In this document: positions 38,549 through 48,019 of the stretch, piece after piece
How the letters are laid out: every line of letters begins with the position of its first letter
How positions within the stretch are numbered: the stretch's first letter is position 1
Assembly (NCBI GenBank): GCA_947085655.1
Contig: CAMTXH010000010.1
Span: 82,015-146,014 of the forward strand
Source of the DNA: an uncultured Omnitrophica bacterium
GTDB lineage: Bacteria; Omnitrophota; Gorgyraeia; JACQQV01
DNA: 64,000 bases
Reading direction: 5' to 3'
Program-made: the position numbers and the translations under genes
The notes under the pieces: model-generated
The model's database searches: none
Told to the model about the DNA's origin: nothing
The model's input: only the letters and a program-made list of their open reading frames with translations

Positions 38549-39474
38549 TTTCTCATGGACCGAAGTGCCACGGAGACCTGATCCGCCAGAAACCCGAAAA
38601 GAATCACCGAGAAGGAGGCGATCAAGACAATGATGGAGGATCCGCGGATTCCTCCGGAAACGATAAAATTCGTCAAACCCAGGAATATGCCGGCGGCACC
38701 CAAGAAAAGCCCCGCCGGCAAAAAGATGCGGAGAGGACTGAACAGCATGACCATCCTCGTGATAATTAGGAGAAAACGCAACCCCTCCCGGAAAGGCCGA
38801 AGCTTGCTTTTGCCCAGGCGCCTCTTTCCGATGGAATCCAAAGGGACATATTTCACAAAGTAGCCCGCCTTCAAAAATGAAAGGGTCGCCGTCGTCGGAT
38901 ACGAGTAAGTATTTGGGAAAAGATGAAGAAACTCCAGGGCCTTCTGTCGCTTGATCGCCCTGAAACCCGAGGTGAGATCCAGAATTTTCGCATCAGAGAG
39001 ATACTCGGCGACTTTAATCAACATCTTGTTCCCCGCCGTACGGAAACGGGAAAGTTCTGCGCGCTTCGTCCGTGCCCCAATCACCATGTCGTATTCACCG
39101 ATGTCTTTGATCAACTCCGGAACCGCCTCCGGAGGATGCTGGCCGTCGCCGTCCATCAACACCACAATATCCCCCTTGGCCCGTTGAATTCCCGTCTTGA
39201 CGGCCGCTCCATTCCCCAAATTGTAGGGGTGACGGACGACGTCCGCACCCGCGGCCTTTGCCCGTGCCGCCGTTTGATCCTCTGATCCGTCGTCGATGAC
39301 CAGCACCTGGTCGGCACAGCCGAGGACGAGGATCCGCTTGACCACCTCGGCAATCGCATCCTCCTCGTTGTAACAGGGAAGGAGGATGCTGATTTCTTTC
39401 TCTTGAGGGGTTTTAGTCCCCTCGGACGGTGAAGTCGACGACTTTTGATCCAGCAATGGCGATTTTTCGAACAT
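38545..39474 (-). CDS. GT2 polyprenol-phosphate glycosyltransferase (DPM1-like) with C-terminal TMs
   Basis: LPCYNEE, DDGSED, DGDGQH, DLTSGFRA; AAGGAG SD upstream of 39474. Confidence 0.9.
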   Translation of the reverse strand: MFEKSPLLDQKSSTSPSEGTKTPQEKEISILLPCYNEEDAIAEVVKRILVLGCADQVLVIDDGSEDQTAARAKAAGADVVRHPYNLGNGAAVKTGIQRAKGDIVVLMDGDGQHPPEAVPELIKDIGEYDMVIGARTKRAELSRFRTAGNKMLIKVAEYLSDAKILDLTSGFRAIKRQKALEFLHLFPNTYSYPTTATLSFLKAGYFVKYVPLDSIGKRRLGKSKLRPFREGLRFLLIITRMVMLFSPLRIFLPAGLFLGAAGIFLGLTNFIVSGGIRGSSIIVLIASFSVILFGFLADQVSVALRSMRK

Positions 39475-40861
39475 CTGTCCAGCTCCTTATTCCGAAAAGG
39501 CGCTTTCCGACATAGGAAGGTCTCAGGTAGAAGCGCCGGTAGGCGTCCCGTATATATTTGGCAAGGTCCTCTTTCTTCACAGACGTATAAAGCTCGTTAA
39601 ACAACCCCTCCGTATGCAGGACGGTCAGATCGCTCTGCGAGCCGTCTTTTATCTCCGGATACTTGGCCTGAACTTCGGCAAACAGTGGGGTTCCCGGATA
39701 GGGGGTGCAGATCCCGAAGGTGGCCGTGGTCGGATCGATCTCCATCGTAAATTCGATCGTCCGCTGAATGCTCTCATCCGTATCGTCCGGCATTCCCAGC
39801 ATGATGTGGGCATGGGTGTCAATCCCGACCTCATGCGCCCATTTGAAGGTCTCCACGGTTTGCTCCACCTTAAAACCCTTTTTCACGCGGTCCAGGACAT
39901 TCTGATTTCCCGATTCGACGCCGAACTTCATGACGGAGCATCCTGCCCGCTTCATCCATTCCATCTGTTCTTTGTCCACCAGCCCCACCTTCGCATTGCA
40001 AATCCAGGGAAATTGATAGCCCCGCTCAATGACCCCCTTGCAGAACTCGATGTTGCGCCTTTTATGAACGGTCCATATCTCATCCCGGTAGTAGATCTCC
40101 CGGTAACCGTTCGAGAGAAAGTATTCAACCTCATCGAGCATCCGTTTCGCACTCTGGTATCTGAAATTGGGACCATGGAAAAAAGGCGCCGTACAGAAGG
40201 TGCATTTCGAAGGGCAACCCCTCGTCGTGACCGCCGTAATATAAGGGTACTGAATGACAAGGGGATTAAAATACCCGACATCCTTCGGAAGGAGCGAAAC
40301 ATCGACCATCGGATATTCATCAAGATTATCGATGAAATTCGGCTGAGGCGTTAAGACGGGCTCGCCGTTCTCCTGGAAGCCGATGCCCTTCACCGCCCTC
40401 CACTCCCCATTTCTCCCATGCAGAGCCCGGACAAGTTCTACAACGATTCCCTCGGGCTCATTGAGGACGATGATGTCAACGCCCTCCTTGCTCAAGGCAT
40501 ACTTTGGCATAAACGTGCCGTGGGACCCGAAAAGAATCGTCTTAAGGCGCGGGTTTTCAAGTTTAAACTGACGCAGCGTTTCCGCATCCTCGTTAAAAGT
40601 CATCGTTGCGGCATTCGCAACAATGAGATCGTAATGGTCCATTTTTCCGCGCAAGTCATCCGGGTGAATCCCTTCCGCCTGGGCATCGATCAGCGTCACA
40701 TCGTGACCGTCCTTCTTCAGAACGCTTGCGACGGACAAAAGGAAGTAGGGCGGAACCGTTCCCCCGCCGATCCGCTTCCCCTTGCACCAGCAACCGTAGA
40801 GGACATCCCGTACGATGTTCTTTGTCACGTAACTTGCCGGATTCAATGCAAGAATTCTCAT
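39413..40861 (-). CDS. cobalamin-binding radical SAM enzyme
   Basis: N-terminal B12-binding-type domain (DAQA, GSH), TRGCPSKCTFC, FGVESG, PYPGT; start MRILA at 40861. Confidence 0.9.
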   Translation of the reverse strand: MRILALNPASYVTKNIVRDVLYGCWCKGKRIGGGTVPPYFLLSVASVLKKDGHDVTLIDAQAEGIHPDDLRGKMDHYDLIVANAATMTFNEDAETLRQFKLENPRLKTILFGSHGTFMPKYALSKEGVDIIVLNEPEGIVVELVRALHGRNGEWRAVKGIGFQENGEPVLTPQPNFIDNLDEYPMVDVSLLPKDVGYFNPLVIQYPYITAVTTRGCPSKCTFCTAPFFHGPNFRYQSAKRMLDEVEYFLSNGYREIYYRDEIWTVHKRRNIEFCKGVIERGYQFPWICNAKVGLVDKEQMEWMKRAGCSVMKFGVESGNQNVLDRVKKGFKVEQTVETFKWAHEVGIDTHAHIMLGMPDDTDESIQRTIEFTMEIDPTTATFGICTPYPGTPLFAEVQAKYPEIKDGSQSDLTVLHTEGLFNELYTSVKKEDLAKYIRDAYRRFYLRPSYVGKRLFGIRSWTDVRKIAIAGSKVVDFTVRGD

Positions 40862-40895
40862 GCCACTCCCCCTTCCTTTCTTAAGCGGACGATTC

Positions 40896-41819
40896 TCATG
40901 ACACCTTCTGCGCAACGACCCATTGATTCACTTTTTTCCCGGAAAACGACTGCGCAAGATAAATCAGGGCGATTCCGAAACGGACCCACCCGGACACTCC
41001 GATCCGCCCAACCGGATAGTCTTTCGGAATGCAGGCAGTCCGCTCGAAGCCGTTCTCGGTCAAAAGACGGTGCAGCGTTCGCTCTGTGAAGTAATGAAGA
41101 TGATAAGAAGGATAAAGTCTCGTGATTGGAAATTGGATTGTCCCGAAACTCAACCGATAGGACCAATGTCCGATCTGATAGAGAAGATTGTCGATGTTCA
41201 GGGTCTGGGTCATCAAGAGGCCCCCCGGTTTCAGAATTCTCCTGATCTCCACCAGACACGCCAATGGGTCCCGCAGGTGTTCCAAAACGTCCCAAAGCGT
41301 CACCACGTCAAAATGATTTTCCGGAAATGCGGCGTTCTGAAGCGTGCCCTGCGTAATGGAGAGCTCATATTGTTCCCTCGCACGCTGAACCGCGTAGGAG
41401 GAGATTTCGACGCCGCTGGGTCGCCATCCTCTTTTTTGCGCCATGTTCAAAAAGACCCCCATCGCGCAGCCCACATCAAGGAGAGCCCCTTTCGCGGGAG
41501 CGTGCGTCTCCAGAATCTCCAGCGCCTCCTCATAATCTTTGAGGTGCTCTTCACCCGCAATATCCCCCTCCTGATGCTTAAAATAATCCACCTCCCAATA
41601 CGTTTTGTCCTCGTAGAGATGTTTGAGCTCCTCTTCATCCGGCATCGGAAAGAGATACCGATGGCCGCACCGCGGACACGAAACGACGGAGTGGCTACGG
41701 GTCGGAAAGGGACGGATGCTCGGCAAGCGATAGCATGTCCGGTACCGCCCTTCCTGACAAAGGGGACAACTCCCTTTATTTGTTAAGTTCTGAGGGGGTA
41801 AAGTATCTTGAAGAAGCAA
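40896..41819 (-). CDS. class I SAM-dependent methyltransferase with N-terminal Zn-ribbon
   Basis: CPLC...CPRC, LDVGCAMG, WDVLEH, HLHYF; TTG start with GAGGAG SD. Confidence 0.88.
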   Translation of the reverse strand: MLLQDTLPPQNLTNKGSCPLCQEGRYRTCYRLPSIRPFPTRSHSVVSCPRCGHRYLFPMPDEEELKHLYEDKTYWEVDYFKHQEGDIAGEEHLKDYEEALEILETHAPAKGALLDVGCAMGVFLNMAQKRGWRPSGVEISSYAVQRAREQYELSITQGTLQNAAFPENHFDVVTLWDVLEHLRDPLACLVEIRRILKPGGLLMTQTLNIDNLLYQIGHWSYRLSFGTIQFPITRLYPSYHLHYFTERTLHRLLTENGFERTACIPKDYPVGRIGVSGWVRFGIALIYLAQSFSGKKVNQWVVAQKVS

Positions 41820-41946
41820 CGTACTTCTCCTCTCTTGACCGGATGAACCGCCAAACCAGAAACCGCTTCAACAGTTGCGACGCCTCCGGTATTTTCCCCA
41901 ACGTCACAAGATAAAGCCGGAGCAAGAGAAACCGAAAGGGGGTCAT
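41776..41946 (-). CDS. unannotated 56-aa small protein matching C-terminal motifs of the 560-aa protein at 17903-19585
   Basis: Manual translation MTPFRFLLLRLYLVTLGKIPEASQLLKRFLVWRFIRSREEKYVASSRYFTPSELNK; ATG 2 nt after the stop of 41949-42923; shares LKRFL and RYFTPSEL with the 560-aa protein. Confidence 0.7.
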   Translation of the reverse strand: MTPFRFLLLRLYLVTLGKIPEASQLLKRFLVWRFIRSREEKYVASSRYFTPSELNK

Positions 41947-41948
41947 TT

Positions 41949-42923
41949 TCATTCTTTTGACTCGTAAGATTCAACCGCTGCACCCACCGCATGCCTTTCG
42001 GAAAGCGCCCAAAGGACCGTTTCCAGATAATCCGTTGTCAGCGGCATAAAATAACGGTCGTCTAACCAAACAGGGTTTAACAAAGTTCCCTCCTCGAGTC
42101 CACGGCATATCCTTTCGAAAACGGGACTTCCGAAAAACGCAACGCCGTACGAATAAAGGAACTGGGTCTTCCGGCTCATCCGGTGATGGTCATAATGTCC
42201 CTTTTCGTCGATTCTCTCCTCCAAAAATCCAAGGGCGCGCTTGAGCGATTCCAAAAGAACGGGATCTTTTGTCCGTTTCCAATAGTGCGCCAGACAACCG
42301 ACAATCAGGGAAAGATAGCCGACGTCAGCCCCTCCGTACTCGGGAAAATACCCTGACGACTCTTGAGAAGAAAGCAGCCTGGACAATTTCTCCTCGGAGG
42401 CACGCAGATAGGGGGTGTTGCTTGTCAAATGGTAAAGATTTAAAAGCGCGCAAGCCGCTGCCGCCATCTGATTGGAAACGTCCGGATTGTTATGGCGCAT
42501 CAGCCACTTTCCCGTTTTTTCAAGACGCTCGCCATCGCTCCTCCGGAGGAGAAGCATCGCTTCCGTGACGGCCCAGCAGGTAAAAGCGGTGGCGCAAAAC
42601 CCCCGTTCGTTCGGGTAGGCCTCATCCACGCTTCCGTCCCGGTGGCGACGCGAAATCCAAAATTCGATCGCCGCCTCTGCCCACTGCTTCACCTGTCCGT
42701 TCTGGTAATAAATGTTCCCGTCAAAATTCCCCTGATAGAGAAGCGCCAAGAGCCAGCACGCTTCCTGATACCGCGTATTCGGAAAGTCGATTGACTTGTA
42801 GTGCCAGTACCCGCGGTCGAAACATCCGAATGTCTCAGAAGAGGGATCCCGGTCGCCCAATCCCAATACGCGGGGCACCTGGCTTAAGACAATTTCATGG
42901 ATTCTCTCGAGAGACTCTTTCAT
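41949..42923 (-). CDS. uncharacterised alpha/alpha-toroid-like protein (N-domain paralogue of 17903-19585)
   Basis: QVPRVL..DR..SETFGCFDRGYWHYK, DGSVDEAYPNE, NQMA, GYFPEYGGADVGY, LDDRY. Confidence 0.65.
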   Translation of the reverse strand: MKESLERIHEIVLSQVPRVLGLGDRDPSSETFGCFDRGYWHYKSIDFPNTRYQEACWLLALLYQGNFDGNIYYQNGQVKQWAEAAIEFWISRRHRDGSVDEAYPNERGFCATAFTCWAVTEAMLLLRRSDGERLEKTGKWLMRHNNPDVSNQMAAAACALLNLYHLTSNTPYLRASEEKLSRLLSSQESSGYFPEYGGADVGYLSLIVGCLAHYWKRTKDPVLLESLKRALGFLEERIDEKGHYDHHRMSRKTQFLYSYGVAFFGSPVFERICRGLEEGTLLNPVWLDDRYFMPLTTDYLETVLWALSERHAVGAAVESYESKE

Positions 42924-44827
42924 GCGGTAACCGCCTCCCGGGGACAGGGAACCTTTTGATCCACAAAAACATCGAGCCAGATCTCAAGAATCAGTAGCGC
43001 CATCAGCTGTTTGTGATAAATGAGCGGTGAGGAATCCGCTTTCTCCAAAAGAGAGCGGAGCGTTTCCCACTCAAACCATCCTCTCCGCTTGATCCGTTCA
43101 ACGGAGAGATAGTCGCTACAGAGCTTTCTGAAAACGCTCTGAAATCTTCCCTCGAGCGGCATAAAGAAGGCCTGCTTCCTGCGTCTGGTCGTTTCGGGCG
43201 GAAGGATTCCTTTGAAGGCGCGCCGGAGCAGGATCTTGTTGACCCCCCCATGAATCTTCAAATGAAACGGAACGCGCCCCATCAATTCAACAATGCGATG
43301 ATCCAGATAAGGAACGCGCCCCTCCACGGAGTGCGCCATGGTCAGCTTATCCTGTTTAAAAAGGATATTGTCCGGAAGCCAAGAGGTCAGTTCCTGGCGC
43401 AGAAGCCAATTCGGGATGTCGTCTGTTTCGTTATCCATCAAAACATCTTCTGAATCTTTTTCACCTGTAAGAACCTCTTTGAATTGACCGGTATAAAGTC
43501 GATCCTTTTCCGCACCCGTAAAAAGAGAGACGACATGCAGATAGTTTTGCTTCGTATCTCCCAAGTGCCTTAGGAAAAAGGCAAGCCGTTTACGACCCTC
43601 AGTTCCCATCGAAGCGGGGTATTGGAAAAAGCGATCGATCAGAGACACGGGCATTCCTTCGACGAAGCGTCCCAAAGCGCTCCCGATGCGGGGAGGAATC
43701 CGGGATGCCCGGAGAAGTGTGTCCTGATGGACATATCCCCCCAACAATTCATCCGCGCCTTCGCCGGTGAGAACAACTTTGACATGACGGTGGGCGATTT
43801 GAGACAAAAGATAGGTCGGGACAACGATGGCATCCCCGACCGGCTCATCCAGATGCCACACGATCTTCGGAAGGAGAAAAAAGTCGTCGGGCTTGACCTC
43901 AACTTCGTGGTGGTCCGTCGCATACAGATCAGCGATGTGCCTGGCGCTTGCTGTTTCATCCTGTGATGTCCCGAATCCGACGGAGAAAGTCTTTCGGGGC
44001 GCGTGGTCCAGCGCTGCGACCAGGGAAACCACGGCACTCGAATCGAGTCCCCCGCTTAAGAAAGCCCCGATGGGGACGTCGCCCATGAGCTGAAGCCGGA
44101 CGGAATCCTTCAAGAGGTTATAAAACTCCTCCACAAACGCCTCCTCCGACATCTTTCGGTCTTCCTTCATTTCAAAATGCCAGTAAGGGCGCAGGGTCTC
44201 CTTCCCTTCCTGAAACGCCAGAAAATGCGCAGGGGGAAGCTTCCGGATGCCGGCAAAAAAGGTCCTGTTCCCGGGCACATACCGAAACGTCAGGTAATCG
44301 TCAATCGATCTAAAATCGAGTGTGCGATTGACCGCCTCGCACTGAAGGAGCGCTTTGAGTTCCGACGCAAAGAGAAAATCCCCGTTGACCCGCGTATAAT
44401 AGAGCGGTTTAATTCCCAGCCGGTCACGCGCCAAGAAAAACCGGCTCTGTGTTGAGTCCCATATCGCGAAAGCAAACATTCCGTTCAACCGGTCCAGACA
44501 GGATGTCCCGTATTCTTCGTAGGCATGAACAACGACTTCGCTGTCGGTCTTCGTGACAAAGCGATGGCCTTTTTGGGTCAGGAGTTCCCGTAGCTCGAGG
44601 TGGTTATAGATTTCGCCGTTAAAGACAAGTACCAAAGAACGGTCTTCATTAAAGAGGGGCTGACTTCCTGTTTGAAGATCCACGATGCTCAACCGGACAT
44701 TGCCTACGCCGGTTCCCTCCCTGTAGAAAAATCCTGATTCGTCAGGTCCGCGGTGGGCCATCGTTCCCGCCATGACCTTCAGCAGTTCCTCCGGGTAATC
44801 TCCCCTAAAACCGAAAATGCCGCACAT
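42920..44827 (-). CDS. asnB: asparagine synthase-family amidotransferase (second copy)
   Basis: MCGIFG at 44827 (TGATG overlap), HRGPD, NGEIYN, LSGGLDSS, TGEGADE. Confidence 0.92.
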   Translation of the reverse strand: MCGIFGFRGDYPEELLKVMAGTMAHRGPDESGFFYREGTGVGNVRLSIVDLQTGSQPLFNEDRSLVLVFNGEIYNHLELRELLTQKGHRFVTKTDSEVVVHAYEEYGTSCLDRLNGMFAFAIWDSTQSRFFLARDRLGIKPLYYTRVNGDFLFASELKALLQCEAVNRTLDFRSIDDYLTFRYVPGNRTFFAGIRKLPPAHFLAFQEGKETLRPYWHFEMKEDRKMSEEAFVEEFYNLLKDSVRLQLMGDVPIGAFLSGGLDSSAVVSLVAALDHAPRKTFSVGFGTSQDETASARHIADLYATDHHEVEVKPDDFFLLPKIVWHLDEPVGDAIVVPTYLLSQIAHRHVKVVLTGEGADELLGGYVHQDTLLRASRIPPRIGSALGRFVEGMPVSLIDRFFQYPASMGTEGRKRLAFFLRHLGDTKQNYLHVVSLFTGAEKDRLYTGQFKEVLTGEKDSEDVLMDNETDDIPNWLLRQELTSWLPDNILFKQDKLTMAHSVEGRVPYLDHRIVELMGRVPFHLKIHGGVNKILLRRAFKGILPPETTRRRKQAFFMPLEGRFQSVFRKLCSDYLSVERIKRRGWFEWETLRSLLEKADSSPLIYHKQLMALLILEIWLDVFVDQKVPCPREAVTA

Positions 44828-46512
44828 CAGCCCGAACGCCCCATCCGCCCCTTCGGACAGTAGATTTTGATGCCGTAGTAAGGAAAATAACCGCCTATTT
44901 CCCGGTACGTAAATTTGGGCGCAAAAGCAGTCGCATCGCCCAGTTCCCTTGCAAGCACATAATGTTCCTCGATAAAGTCGAAGAGTCTCCTTCGAGAACT
45001 GGTGTAAGGAAAGTAGGTGACGGGAGTGACAATGATGCATTTCGGCCGTTTCAATCGGATCTGGTTGATTAAATCCTCTTCGATCTCCGTTCTTTCATCC
45101 GGTGTGAGGCCTGCGAATTTAAATTTTTTGTCCTCCACTATGCCTGCTCGAAGGGTCACAAATTCATCCTTCACAACCGGATCTCTTTGAGAAAGAAAGT
45201 AATAGATGGGCTCGATGCTGACGACAAAAATTCCGTCTTGGGGTGCTGTTTGTTGCCTGATATACGTAACCGTATCTTCGTACATTTTTTTAATATGGGG
45301 GGGGACCTGAATCCCCCTCGCCACATTGATGGAAAGTGGAACCTTTCCACGCATTTTCTGAAGGGGCATATCAACATAGCTGCTGAAGAGAATAAAGTAG
45401 CCCACAAAGCAGGCAATGCCTGCTTGAAGCAGGCGAAGGGCACTCGGTCTGGAAAGAAGGGTCTGGAGATTCCAGAGCCGGTAAAAGAAATAAATCAACA
45501 GCACAAAAGGAACCTGGAGCAGAAAACCGATTCCGTTCGAACCTGTGATGAGCGGTTGGGCGTAAATAAGAACCGAGAAAAGGGAAAGAAAAAGAACCGC
45601 GCGGTCCTTCCTGAAGAAAAGGAAACCCGCCCCGGCACAGACAACAGGGGACCACCAGAGAGACACCACAACCAGGTGCCAGACCGCCTCCTTGACCTTG
45701 GGGAAAAACCCCGAAAGATGCGCCAACCCGGACCAAAATGTCTCGCTGAACAGGTTCGGATAGGACGCATGATAACGCCATACGCCCACACCGGAAGTGG
45801 TCGGAAAGAGATTCATCAAGAGTTTCTGTGCGGGCATGTGGGTCAGGAGATAGATGAGAAAAGGAGCCACTAGACAGAAAGCGCCTAAACCATAATATCC
45901 GAGAAGCGGCATCGCGTTGAAAGTTCTCGGATTTCTTTTAATTTGATCGATGAGCTCCGTGATCACCACAAATAAAATGACGGATCCAAAAATGCCGACG
46001 CCCATGGGAAGCGGTTTCGTCAAAAGTCCCACCCCTGCGCCAAGTCCCATCCAAAAAGGCCGGCTCCTTCCCCCGGGACGTTTCAGAACCGAAAGAAAAA
46101 GGGCGACCACCCAAAGCGCTGAAAGCGTCCCAAAAATATGGTTGTAGGAGTGGGGGGGCAGAGAAAGATATGAAAAGGATGCCAAGCTTGCGATGCCCGC
46201 CCAAAAAGGAGGCATGAAAAAGCGGGCGATCCGGAAGGCAAGACCCACACCAATGGCTCCGACAAAAATATAGACAAGTCTCACCAGTTGCACGCTGACG
46301 CCGAACCAATTGAACAGGGTTCCAAAAATAAAAGGGGCCAAAGGGCCGTAATTCCAGCTGAAATCGCGGTAAACCAATTCCCCAAGACTCGCCCGCCAGA
46401 AGACAAAAAGGTTCACCCCTTCATCGCCCGTAAAAAGGTCGTATTGAAAAATAAGGAGTTTTCCCAACAGAAAAAGTCCGACGGCGGCAAATAACACAAA
46501 CCTATCTTTCAT
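44827..46512 (-). CDS. GT-C (ArnT/PMT-like) membrane glycosyltransferase
   Basis: GDEG, YRDFSWNYGPL, multi-TM, C-terminal YIRQQT...IFV...YYFLS domain; start MKDRF at 46512. Confidence 0.72.
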   Translation of the reverse strand: MKDRFVLFAAVGLFLLGKLLIFQYDLFTGDEGVNLFVFWRASLGELVYRDFSWNYGPLAPFIFGTLFNWFGVSVQLVRLVYIFVGAIGVGLAFRIARFFMPPFWAGIASLASFSYLSLPPHSYNHIFGTLSALWVVALFLSVLKRPGGRSRPFWMGLGAGVGLLTKPLPMGVGIFGSVILFVVITELIDQIKRNPRTFNAMPLLGYYGLGAFCLVAPFLIYLLTHMPAQKLLMNLFPTTSGVGVWRYHASYPNLFSETFWSGLAHLSGFFPKVKEAVWHLVVVSLWWSPVVCAGAGFLFFRKDRAVLFLSLFSVLIYAQPLITGSNGIGFLLQVPFVLLIYFFYRLWNLQTLLSRPSALRLLQAGIACFVGYFILFSSYVDMPLQKMRGKVPLSINVARGIQVPPHIKKMYEDTVTYIRQQTAPQDGIFVVSIEPIYYFLSQRDPVVKDEFVTLRAGIVEDKKFKFAGLTPDERTEIEEDLINQIRLKRPKCIIVTPVTYFPYTSSRRRLFDFIEEHYVLARELGDATAFAPKFTYREIGGYFPYYGIKIYCPKGRMGRSG

Positions 46513-48019
46513 TTCCGACCTTTCTTGCGACGATTGTAAAATCATCCCAATAAAAGGGCTTCAAATCTAAACCTCTGTTCTTCTCGGGGGCTTCAACCGT
46601 TTCAACCACCTGTAATCCCAGGTGTTCAAGAACCGGTTTCAGCGATTGCGGCGTCCAGTAGGAAAAATGCCGCCAGCCCGGTTTCCCCTTGGGGTGAAAA
46701 ACCCCGTGTCTTTGTCCCTCCCAAAAGGAGCGCGAGGAAGTCGCGGGATTTTCGTCGTCTGTCTCTGTAAGGTCCAATCTTTCTCTTTCCAGAAGTTCCT
46801 TGAGAGTCGTCTCAGCAGCACGGTTATCTGTTGGGATTGGGACGTAGCGCTTATCCGGAACAATCAGAAAGAGGACTCCCCCCGGTCTCATCACCCGTTT
46901 CCATTCCTTCAGCGCTTTCAGGGGATTGATCAAGTGTTCCAAGAGGTGCGAAGTGATTACGAAATCGCGGCTTTCGTCTTTTAGAAAAGAGAGGTCATAG
47001 GCAGAAGCAATCACATCCGGTTTCGGATAGACTCTCTCCTTAAAATCGGTGTAGAGATCAACGGAGACGGCATTGATATTCGGAAAACGATTGGATCCTG
47101 CGCCGATTTCAACGCCGCGTCCGATACAGTACCGATAGGCAAGTTTCAGGTCAGCCCGTTTCCGCTGGGTCCACCCGCTCACTCTCACTTTCTTGAATCC
47201 CAACTGAATCAGTTTCCCCGACATTCTGGATTTCAGTTTTGGGATAATTCCACGGCTGAGGACCGCCCGCGGCGGACGCTCTTTCCGGTCAAAATAAAAT
47301 CCTCCTCCATTTACTTCATAATTCTTGCCGTCTTGGAAGTGATAAGCGAAACTCTCCATCACCCGTTTGTATTCCAAGCCCCTCTTCCACAGGATCCGCC
47401 GGAAAAGAGTGTCGTTCGGATAGGGAAACGGCCTCCGGTCAGGCCAGCGGCCGAGGGCATTGAATAATGTTTTATGGATCACCGTCGGAACAAAGAAACC
47501 GTCAATGGCCAACCGCTCTTCAGCATGACGTTTCACAAAATCAATAAAACCTGCCTCTTCGAATTCATCTGCCCTCAGCCCAAAATTCCTAATGAGGTTC
47601 GCGTGGTAAGGTCGGATGATCCCCGGCTCAACTGTCTGCGCCGTCAGAACATTCTTTGGCGTGAGATACTTTACGATAGCCCTGTCCCAATCGGGGGCAA
47701 AATAGATGTCCTGTGTGGTAAAACATAAGATGCCCTTCGAGGCAAGCCGGGCACCCCGATTCCAACTCCCGTACGGGCCCAAATTTTTCGGATTTTTAAA
47801 GACACGCACATGTGAATGACGCGACAGGATGTCGATATCCTGCTGGGTGTAAGAGGCGCTATGCCGGTCCGGATCGACGAGTGCAATGATTTCATGAGGG
47901 AGGCGGCTATTTTTTTGAAGACTGCCAATACAGACCTCCAATTCAGCCCCGCCCTTAAAAACAGGGATGATGATCGAAAATGAGTTATCCAACTTTTTCC
48001 CCAAGACCTTGAATCGCAA
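46502..48019 (-). CDS. GT2 glycosyltransferase fused to class I SAM methyltransferase
   Basis: N-terminal SIIIPVF, NLGPYGSWN, QDIYF; C-terminal GVEIGAG, DFVITSHLLEH, RPGG..LIVPDKRY. Confidence 0.82.
   Translation of the reverse strand: MRFKVLGKKLDNSFSIIIPVFKGGAELEVCIGSLQKNSRLPHEIIALVDPDRHSASYTQQDIDILSRHSHVRVFKNPKNLGPYGSWNRGARLASKGILCFTTQDIYFAPDWDRAIVKYLTPKNVLTAQTVEPGIIRPYHANLIRNFGLRADEFEEAGFIDFVKRHAEERLAIDGFFVPTVIHKTLFNALGRWPDRRPFPYPNDTLFRRILWKRGLEYKRVMESFAYHFQDGKNYEVNGGGFYFDRKERPPRAVLSRGIIPKLKSRMSGKLIQLGFKKVRVSGWTQRKRADLKLAYRYCIGRGVEIGAGSNRFPNINAVSVDLYTDFKERVYPKPDVIASAYDLSFLKDESRDFVITSHLLEHLINPLKALKEWKRVMRPGGVLFLIVPDKRYVPIPTDNRAAETTLKELLERERLDLTETDDENPATSSRSFWEGQRHGVFHPKGKPGWRHFSYWTPQSLKPVLEHLGLQVVETVEAPEKNRGLDLKPFYWDDFTIVARKVGNER

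Noticed and set aside
41783-41992. 69-aa minus ORF in the track
   Set aside because: No motif; the overlapping 56-aa frame (41946-41776) has clear similarity to the 560-aa paralogue and better coupling.
9496-44827. RiPP/lasso-peptide interpretation (AsnB-like cyclases, SPASM radical SAM, nitroreductase, small ORF)
   Set aside because: Both AsnB proteins keep the N-terminal Cys glutaminase domain, there is no RRE or leader peptidase, and the small ORF is explained as a split domain; the context is glycan biosynthesis.
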